A stretch of 64,000 bases of DNA from assembly GCA_951406725.2 (NCBI GenBank), contig OX597819.1, positions 434,001 to 498,000 of the forward strand. Direction: 5' to 3'. Positions 54,425 to 64,000 of the stretch are shown here, in pieces. A model generated the notes under the pieces. The model ran no database searches, had not been told where the DNA came from, and was given only the letters and a program-made list of their open reading frames with translations. The position numbers were made by a program, and so were the translations under genes. Origin of the DNA: Octopus vulgaris (lineage: Eukaryota). The first letter of the stretch is position 1. Each line of letters opens with the position of its first letter.

Positions 54425-56404
54425 CTCATACTCTATCAACTCTGGTTTAAGGTTAATTGCTTCCCTGTATTCTTCCTTTCGCACATTAATGTTACTGCCA
54501 CATATAACAAGTGATACTCCTATGTTGATTACAGCATCTTTCACTCACGCCTGATTGACACTATTTCTACAGACAGAAATCTAGAAAATATCTTTTAGTA
54601 GGAATATGCCAATCTACTCTCATTTAAGAGCACAAAAACACAATCACTCCTCATAACAAGCAAGCAATCTTATAAAAGTATATGCCTCTACTGATGAGTG
54701 GTACACAGTTAAACCACCTCATGTGTGAGAGCTTGTCATTTTTTATCTTTTAAGATTTATGATTAGACATAAGTAACATTGCTAAAACTCTGGTTATGAA
54801 GAGTTACTAACTTTACAATGCTCAAATACAACCCATATTAGAGTACTCCTCACATAGCTGGGACAGTAATGCTATGCAAGCACACACACAATTAGAGTAC
54901 TACCCACATACTGGAACAATACTGCTGTGCAAGCACACACAAAACACACACACAGATGCATGTAACTTGTTTGACTGCATTAATAAAAAAGCAGCTATTG
55001 AACTGATTGACATGGAGTCCCTTTCAATATCACCAAAAACTCAGTCATTATACATATCAAAGGCAGTGAGCTGGCAGAATTGTTAGCATGCCAGACAAAA
55101 TACTTAGTGGAATTCCGTCCGTCTTTACATTCTTTGCTCAAATTCTGCCAAGGTCAACTTTGCCTTTCATCCTTTTGAGATCAATATAATAATTACCAGT
55201 TGAGCAACGGGGCCAATGTAACTGACATACCTTTTTGCTGGCTTTGTGCCTAAATCTGAAACCATTTTACATATCAAAGAAACAATTTTGTATATAACCT
55301 TCACTAACAAAATTAAAACACTTAAAGTCACTAGAAGTACACTTCACAATCTCTGATCATCTTTCAAAGTAAAAATCACATATTATCAAAACAAATTTAC
55401 AATTATTAGGAATTCTTTATAACCAAAAAATACTTCAGTTTTATCAGTTGCTTATCCTTAGGTAAGTCTCACACTGAAGTAACTGTTCACATCAACACAC
55501 AATCATATATTGAATCCCAAAGCAGACTTGTTTGATTTAACTGCCCATAGACTTCAACCACTGATTTATAGATGTGCTTTTTCTTCTCTCTCTGCCTCCA
55601 TCACCACCACCACAAGAACATTTAATTCTCTGAATTAACTGTACACACTTTTCATCCAAGCCTATGTGACTCAACTGTCACTGTTTCACCTCTCAAACCC
55701 ATCACAACCCTTCTTTCCCAGAGCTGTAACCCTTTTACATTCCCTCCTCGCATATGTTCAAGTGTGAGATGTAGGAAATCAACAGAAAAGGTATTATTTT
55801 AATCAAAAGCTTAATGAAAAGAAAAATATGGAATCATAGCTAAATATTGTAAGAAGAACAATGTACATAATACAATACATATAATAAATATAAACCCTAA
55901 ATAAAAATATATATGCATATCATTCAATGTATCTTTTTTTTTTTAAAGAGGCTCTGATCTGAAGGCATTTTGGTTGCTATTTCTAGTAAGTTGCACCCTT
56001 AGCATGTCTCCACCTACAAAACACCTGGAAACTAAGTTAAACTGAGCAATGTGCAGAAGATATATGCTGAAGACAAGCATATTCAAATAAAACATCCTAG
56101 ATGCAATTGAAACTATAATAAAAGATGATGTGGAGACTCCATCATTGGTTTAATAAATACTGAATCATGATACAAATTAAAGGTAAGTGTTAGAATAGCT
56201 GTCTGAAGTAACGGTTACATTGTCAATATATAATAAGAGGTTCATTTAGTTTTGTTAAAACAGAGGGAAGAAAAAGGACAAGATGGTCTAACAATGTTTG
56301 GTTGTTTCTCACACCTGAACATATTCTACAGAGGCCAAATCTGAGAATAAAGTTTGCAAAATTGAACAAGTTTGTACTATGCTAGAAGGAGAGATAAAAT
56401 TCTT

Positions 56405-56800
56405 ACATCATCATTAAACGTCCACTCTCCATGCTGGCATGGGTTAGACGCTTTGACTGGAGCTAATGATCAGGAGAGCTGCACCAGGTTCCAGTCTGAT
56501 TTGGCATGGGTTCTACAGCTGGATGCCTTTCCTAATGCCAACCATTCCAAGAATGTAATGGGTACTTTTACAGAGGCCATTTACATGACACTGGCAATGA
56601 CCACAATTACAATGCATGGATGCTATTTACATGGCACCAGCAGTGACCATGACTATGATTCATGGGTGCCATTTGCATGGCACTGGCAACAACTACAACT
56701 CACAGGTGCCATGTATATGGCACTGCCAATCACCACGATTCCCGGGTGCCAATTTATATGGCACTGTCGATGACCACGACTACAATGCATGGGTGATGTT
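56405..56800 (-). mobile_element. RTE-tail-related repeat with degenerate internal tandem units
   Basis: Family motifs followed by repeated atgggtgccattt.catggcactgg units. Confidence 0.65.
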
Positions 56801-59453
56801 TATTTTTAACTTTTGTATTTGTATAATTAATGGCTCATGTCTGTGAATTGTATATGGATGTATTTAAGTGTATGTAGTCACTAAATGGCCTTGGTTGGAT
56901 GCTATTTGTCTGGAAAATGGCACCAGTACAAATGTATTTCATTATCTGCCCCTCTGACCACCCAGTCATGACTTTGGATAGCCTATATAAGGTTATGATT
57001 TGTATATTCACTCTCTGATTGTCACTGAGGTGAGGGAGTCAAAATATATTCATTAAACGTTAATTAAATATGTTAATTAAATGTTAAATTTTAGATTAAA
57101 ATTTTTATTCACCTGAACAAAATGGAATTTTCACAATATAATACATTAAAATAAATAGATAAATAAATAAAAGAGGGGAATTTTTTTTTTAAGAAAAAAT
57201 AAGTTTCCTTATAGTGTCAAGATCTTTAAAAAAATCAACAGAACTGATGATGGACCACATCAACGTCACTGCCAAAGATGACAGCCAACTTTTCATCCAA
57301 AATTATTTGATAAAACAACTAGTTCATCAACATGTTATTGTGACCCACAACCATCTCTTTAATGTTACTATAATGTCTTCACTTCTGTATTCATTAAACC
57401 CGCCTCTCCTCCTTCACTCATCAGACCAACTAAAATTTTGATCACACTTACCCAACACTAAACACTTAACTTAGCTTTTCTGCCAGAACAACAAAAGTCT
57501 GAAACATTTATCTTGACAGCAGTGTAACTACACACAGAACCTACAGAACAAAATAAACATCACTTGCTTCAACTACATCACTGTACTGGGTTCAAAGGTA
57601 CTGGGTACACTTCTCTTCTAACCATAAACCAACAAATTTGTAACCACATGTAAGATTCCTGCTAATATTTGTCTTTTAGTACCTGTACTGGTGCCATGTA
57701 AAAAGCACCCAGTGTATCCTGTAATGTGGCTGGTGTTAGGAAGGGCATTCAGCTGTTGAAACCACACCAAAACAGAAAATGGAACCAGGTGCAGCTCTCT
57801 GGCTCGCCAGTGCCAGTCAAACTGTCCAACCCATGCCAGCAAGGAAAACAAACGTTAAATGATGATGATGATGATGAACTACTCTAAGTTTGTACCACTG
57901 ACACTTTTTTTATCCAATTGTAGAATAGCTGAAGACAGGCTCGTGACAGAGTGCTACTCTCACATCTGGGACAGAGCTGCTGCTTACACACAAAGACATC
58001 CCAGACTTATCGGGAGAAAGTCTATTTGACTGATTGGTGTAAAGCCACTCACAGACATGTGCAGCTCCTAGCTTAAATACCTACTGTCTCTGCTCTACCT
58101 TTTCTACCACAATTACAGATTGTCTCTACTCATCTGAGCTGGCTGTTGCCGTGCCACTTCCACTTGCCCCGCCACTTCTCTTCACTTATAGTATCTACCC
58201 TCTCAGGCCCCGTACTAATTACTACGACCAGTCCTCCCTTCCCATGTCCTTCCAGAAGTCGTCGGTTTGTTACGGTTAAGTGGAATGGTAACGACAACCA
58301 CCACATCGGCTCGGAGGACTTACGAAGGCTATGAAACATTGGTCTATCTTCCAGATTCAGTTGATAAAATATATGTTCCTTCTTCAGTATATCTCGTCGA
58401 TCCATTTATGAAATAATTTCTTGCTTAGATACAAGGTCTTAGATTTATTAGGAAACAAGATTATGCGATATTTACGTTTATTATTTTTTGTAAAAGCTAG
58501 AATGAAATAGTTACACAAACGATTTTAAAACAGTTTGTATCAAACATACGTAATTTTCTTGTCAATTAACCATCCAACACGCAACATGTCCTACTTCAGA
58601 ACACAATTTAGTTTTATGGGGGGGCGGGGGTTAAAATATCAGTAAAGTTTTTAAAAATTTACCAAAATATTTTACTGTTGGGGTTTATTATTAATAATAT
58701 CACTCATAATTAGTATAGCAGTTCGGCGAGTTATAAAACTAAGGAGTATTCACTTAAGTACATTAGAAACTTATATCAAACATTCTCAATATTAGTGAAT
58801 GCAAAGATACAACAGGTTAAATGATCTGAACTTCAATGTGTAAACACATTGATTATCGCTACGAAGAATATTATGGAGCCTGGCGATGATCGCCTTTCAT
58901 CCTTTCGAGGTCGATAAATAAAGTATCAGTTGTGTACTGGGATCTATCTAATCGTCCGGTCAGCCTCCCCACAATTTCGGGCGTTGTGCCCAGAGTAGAA
59001 AAGGATTTTGTATGTAAACAAAACATTGGGAATATTTATTTAGACTGACACGGATGCGAAGAAACTTAGCAGGAAGATACGAAAATTGGTATTTCACATC
59101 AATGAAGACGAATTAGTCATGAGTTTTAAGAATGTGTAAGTTTCTGTTGCATTCATATGGTTACGTTCTTTGGCTCTTTATGAATTTCACTCACCAAAAT
59201 ATACAGATCTACTTAAATATTTATTGAAGAAAGTTGTTTCAGCATTTGAACGCGAAAACATAAATTCGGAATTGTATAAAAAGTTACGAGAAGGGTCATG
59301 TGGCAATCATATAAGCCTCGTTGTATTCTAGTTCTTCAACATTTTTTCCCTACTGAGTTCTTGTAGCAGATCAAAATAAAACAGATCAAAATAAAAGAGG
59401 AATCCAGCCAAAACAGGAAATTAGTGACAAGAAAGTACGCCACACCAACTTAC

Positions 59454-59623
59454 CATTGAAAAAATTTACATTTCCATATATTTTCTGTGAGGCAAATGTC
59501 TCTCATTCGATGGCAAGTAAAGGCTAGCCGACAAATATCTACATGTGAAACTGTATCACAGCACAGAATTTTCACTAAAATCTCTGTTGGAAGCTGTGGC
59601 AGAATTTTCACCTCGACTGCCAT
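59454..59623 (-). CDS. FBXO21: FBXO21 exon 1, F-box domain (not in the ORF track)
   Basis: MAVEVKILPQLPTEILVKILCCDTVSHVDICRLAFTCHRMRDICLTENIWKCKFFQ, a classic F-box (LP.EIL..IL...D...L..TC.R...I....IW); AAAACATGG start context; TG|GTAAGT donor in phase 2. Confidence 0.93.
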
Positions 59624-59681
59624 GTTTTCTCGTTTGAATTGTAATGCAAGAGTTATCTCCCCCCAAATATTTTATCAACTT

Positions 59682-59889
59682 CGTCTTCGGAATTACCAAT
59701 TCCGTCTTCGGAATTACCAATCCCGTCTTCGGAATTACCAATTCCGTCTTCGGAATTACCAATCCCGTCTTCGGAATTACCAATTCCGTCTTCGGAATTA
59801 CCAATTCCGTCTTCGGAATTACCAATCCCGTCTTCGGAATTACCAATCCCGTCTTCGGAATTACCAATCCCGTCTTCGGAATTATCAAT
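59682..59889. repeat. 21-bp minisatellite, 10 copies, immediately upstream of the FBXO21 ATG
   Basis: Unit cgtcttcggaattaccaat(t/c)c. Confidence 0.95.
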
Positions 59890-60580
59890 ATATTAACATC
59901 TGTCAATAAATCTCTCTCTCTATATATATATATATCTATATACATACACATACACACACACAATAATATAGCTACACCAATTTATGTATATACTTATAGA
60001 TCTAGACGAATAAATTAAATGTACATCAATATGTCGACTACGATATGTCTACACCAAAGTAAAATAAGCATCGAAGATGCTTTGTCCCAGGCAGAAACTA
60101 CGGGAGTTATTGAGGAGTATAGCAAGCCTTTCTGAATTCATCGCAATGTTGGAAAGCATTCTGTATGATCAGCGTGTATCTCAAGATCACAGGTGTTGCG
60201 CCCTTTAGCCGTTATGCTTCAGATGAATGGAGCAGCGAGCTCCGAATTAGTCTTCGTCAGCAGAAGGGTCCCATCTATAGTCTCTCGTCAACTACAGACA
60301 CATCAAGCTGGTATCAGCTGGCATAACTATTTCCTTAGTGGCTCTCTTCATTTGCCTGAATTCTTGACCAATCCTTGGCAGGAAATACTCTACACCCAAT
60401 ATTTCATAACCAATATGTTTTAGAGCCTATATGAGAAGGTATTTTTTGTTGTAGCTCTGGGATGACTAAAGCCATGCGAGAGAACTGTGGTGAATAGAAA
60501 CTGAAAGGAGCCTATCGTATGTAGTCACGTAGGTAGAGTGTGTGCCGCCCGGAGCAGCCCTTGAATTGGTCAGACTCCCG

Positions 60581-61314
60581 TGTTTGACCCAAGCAAAAAT
60601 AAATAACAAAAGTGCAATAGGTATAAAACAAAATGTGAACGAATATGAAAAAAAAACAAAATGCGCGCTGGCGAACGGGGGGGGGGGGCGACTCGGAAAA
60701 TTCACATCGGGAATGTTCCGAGTTCTCTCACCACTTCCCCGTTCGTCGACAAAATTTTTTTCTTCATATTCGTTTACTACACATTATTTTACACCGAGTA
60801 CACTATTTTTTGTTCAATTTTTGTGACGGGGTGAGTGGGGTGTGGACTCGGATAATTCACACGATCAAGTAACCCGACCTCAAAAAAAGGAAGAAAAGAA
60901 AAGAAATGGTGCAATAGGTATAAAATAGTGTGTCCTAAACGATTATGAAAAAAATAATGCATGCTAGAGAACAGGGGTGGGGCGAGGACAGAACTTGAAA
61001 AATTCCCAGGATCTGAAAACTCAACGTTAACAACCGGTTACAAAAATGGAAAACAACAAATAGTGTAATAGGTGTAAAACTACATGTAGTAAACGAACAT
61101 GAAAAAAAATGCACGCTGGTGAACGGGGGTGGGGAAAAGGACTAGAACAATTCACACAATCCGATTTTTTCCCTAAAGAAAATGGATATTCTTCCCAACC
61201 ACACGGTTCCAGGTTCAGTCCCACTGCATGGCACCTTGGGCAAGTGAATTTTCCAAGTCCTCTCTCTCCTGCACCCCCGTTTGCCGGACCGCATTTCTTT
61301 TTTTTCATATTCGT

Positions 61315-61352
<38 letters not shown>

Positions 61353-63121
61353 TGTGTACAGTGCTCAGGTGCACTACAACTCATCTAAAGTGTATATATA
61401 ATCAGGTGTAGTTTCGGCGGATTTCGGAAAGCATGAGGGCCTTAAAGGATGCAGTGTCATGGCAGTCAACAACTGACGCAGGCAGTTTATTCCATGCTTC
61501 AGCAACTCTGAGCGTGAAAAAATGTTTCCGAAAGTCATGGGAGCTGTGTTGTTTTCTGACTTTGTAGGCATGTCCACGTGTGTTAGACACATGGAGATCA
61601 AAAAGGTGTTCAGTGTTGTTGTTGGTGAGGTGGTTGATAACCTTGTGGGTGTTTACCAAGTCCGTCGCCAGACGCCGGAGCTTCAGTGAATCCATGCCCA
61701 GGGAAACAAGGCGCTCAGAATATGGTAGGTGTCTGATGGAGGGTATGCGTTTGGTTGCACGTCTCTGGACAGATTCCAGGAGGTCAATGTTCTGAGCAAG
61801 ATAGGGATTCCAAACTGATGATGCAAATTCCAAGTGTGGTTGTACCATAGCTGTATACAGTTTTAAATAGATGGCTGGAGAGCGGCTAACAAAAGTCTTG
61901 CTGAGTGATGCCAAGACACCCTCGGCCTTCTTGACAATTTTAGAGATATGCTTTGTCCAACGCAAATCACTGCTGACAGTGATGCCTAGGTCACGCTCGC
62001 AAGAGGATTTCTTGATATCAGTGTTGTGGAGGGAGTATGTGGACGCAGGGTTTTTTCTCCCAAAATGCATGGTGGTACACTTGTCCACAGCCAGTTTCAG
62101 TTGCCAGTCTGTGATCCATTGCTGCATTGTGTCTAGGTCTGATTGCAGGAAAGAGTTGTAGACATCAGGATCAGTCCTCTTGATTTCAAGGTACAGCTTG
62201 ATGTCGTCTGCATATTTCAATACTGTGGCATTCTTTAAATTGGCATCTATGTCATTAATGTATGCCACAAACAGGAGGGGACCAAGGACAGATCCCTGTG
62301 GTACACCCGATGACATCTCATATGGTGTAGAGTGCTGTCCTAGAACTGTGACTACCTCCTTTCGGCTGAGGATGAAGGATTTCAACCAGTTAAAAAGGTC
62401 ATCCCCCACACCCATTGCAGAGAGTTTCACCATAAGCCTTTTGTGTGGCACAGAGTTGAAAGCCTTAGCAAAGTCAAGGTAGACAACATCCACCCATGAG
62501 CTACTGTCAGTGATCTGAGTAATGTCCTCAAGGAACTCGACAAGCTGGTCACTGCAGCTGGAGTTAGGGACAATCCATATTGTGAGGGTCGGATGAGACT
62601 GTGAGAGCTCCAGAAGTTCCAGAGTGTTTCTCTGACACACGATTCCATCAGTTTTGCAATACAGCTAGTGAGACTGACTGGGCGATAGTTGACAGGTGAT
62701 GTGCGGTCACCCTTTTTGAACAGAGGAATGACACTGGCAGTTTTCCACTGCTCCGGAGTAGCACCATTGTTTACTACATGTTGTTTTACACCTATTGCAC
62801 TATTTTCTTTTCATTTTTGTGACCGGGTGTCGAAGTGGAGTTACTGGATCATCCGCACCCCACCCACCCTCCATCACAAAAATTGAACAAAAAATAGGGT
62901 ACTAGGTGTAAAATAATGTGTAGTAAACGAATATGAAGAAAAAAAATTTCGCCGACAAACAGGGAAGTGGTGAGAGGACTTGGAAATTCCCGATGTGAAT
63001 TTTCCGAGTCGTCTCCCTGCCCCCCCCGTTCCCCAGCACGCAGTTTTTCCATATTCGTTTACTACATGCTGTTTTACACCTATTGCACTATTTTCTTTTT
63101 TCTTTTTGCTTGGGTCAAACA
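60581..63121. mobile_element. Foldback-like element with long, internally palindromic TIRs, interrupted by a CR1 LINE
   Basis: 60581-60850 is approximately the reverse complement of 62850-63121 (tgtttgacccaagc ends); shares modules with 2918-5409. Confidence 0.75.
61318..62768 (-). mobile_element. 5'-truncated CR1-clade LINE with RT domain
   Basis: YRPVSLTS, YLDFAKAF, GVPQGSVLGPLLF, YADD, ERDLG motifs; (TTA)n 3' tail; apparent GTTTA duplication at 61313-61317 and 62769-62773. Confidence 0.93.
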
Positions 63122-64000
63122 TCTCTGTGGATGGAATGCCACATCATGTTTTGGATGTTCATAGGATTGTCGCTTCATCGGATGATGATTGTGGAGAAGA
63201 GGAAGAGAATGAGGTTCCCAGTTTAAGAAGATCACAACATGTAAGGTGCCCACTCGGGTGGGTGGTAGATTTCAACATGGAGTGAGGAGGTGATGTTTGA
63301 GATCAGGGAGGTGTGTGGGGATGAGCCGGAAGAAGAGTGCCATGGTGTTAATGGTCAAGGGACTGACCAGAAGAGGAAGTGTGAGAAGGGAAGAGCAGTA
63401 GGGAGGACAGGGGTCATCCTCTTTTGGCCAGCTGAGGCATTGCAAATGGACGTGAGGGAATTCACTTTTGGATTGGTGAGATAGCAGCTGGGTGACAGGG
63501 TAGGGCAGGATTGCCAGATTGGCTATTACTAGACAGGTGCAGACGAGAGAGGAAGGTAGGTGAACTTCTTTTCATTTCCCATGCTTGACATCAACCTACT
63601 AGAAACAGCATTCAAAATGCTCTCAAATCACATCTTAACACACAAAAGAAAGGCACTAAATTAATAATGTATACATATTCATTTGAAGTTTATAATTGTT
63701 ATACATTTTATTTTATGTACTTTGTTCTTCTTAAATATATTCAGTTGTATTACTATATTTATTACCTTCAGTACATAAGGAGAGGGGAGCATGGACAAAT
63801 CCTCACTTGCTCTCCAAACAACCTGGGCAAATTCCACAACTGTTGGTACCCTCACCAATTTTTTGATTGGTTGTAGTGGACACCATCAGTTGTTAGATTA
63901 GTCATTGTAAGAGCCAGCTTTCAATGAATAAGTCTATTAAGGAGCCAGTGGCACGTAAAAGGGCACCATTCGAGCATGATCATTACCAACGTCGCCTTAC

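Noticed and set aside
59487-60018. ORFs with RLRNYQ / FGITNP / VIPKT repeats
   Set aside because: Translations of the 21-bp minisatellite; the real coding exon is the minus-strand F-box exon at 59454-59623 in another frame
63121-63560. Coding exon in purine-rich sequence
   Set aside because: No consistent frame or splice sites; probably a decayed LINE fragment that I could not classify

Overview
AT-rich, repeat-dense animal genomic DNA. The SINE, RTE-tail and microsatellite repertoire is most consistent with an octopus (inference from repeat families, not checked by search). The main gene is a minus-strand, multi-exon FBXO21 homologue (ATG at 59623, stop at 28566) with an F-box, a transglutaminase-like core and a C-terminal YccV/HspQ-like domain. 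I reconstructed 11 exons by hand; one internal exon is missing at a duplicated (TA)n block. A probable first coding exon of a second minus-strand gene lies at 1831-1885. Two large satellites sit back to back: a 47-bp unit (about 5 kb) and a 26-bp unit (about 3.9 kb) amplified from an RTE-tail element; the latter explains the giant ORFs at 10.6-14.8 kb. Mobile elements include a full-length frameshifted mariner, CR1 and RTE LINE fragments, an ORF1-only Tx1/L1-like retroelement with hairpins at both ends, a non-autonomous LTR element with very unequal LTRs, foldback/MITE elements and many tRNA-derived SINEs. Most notable: the ORF1-only element, two copy-specific templated insertions about 20 kb from their donor, an intronic hairpin enclosing a degenerate hammerhead-like motif next to an FBXO21 exon, and a 21-bp CCAAT/ETS-like tandem array just upstream of the FBXO21 ATG. 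I found no CRISPR array or prokaryotic system.
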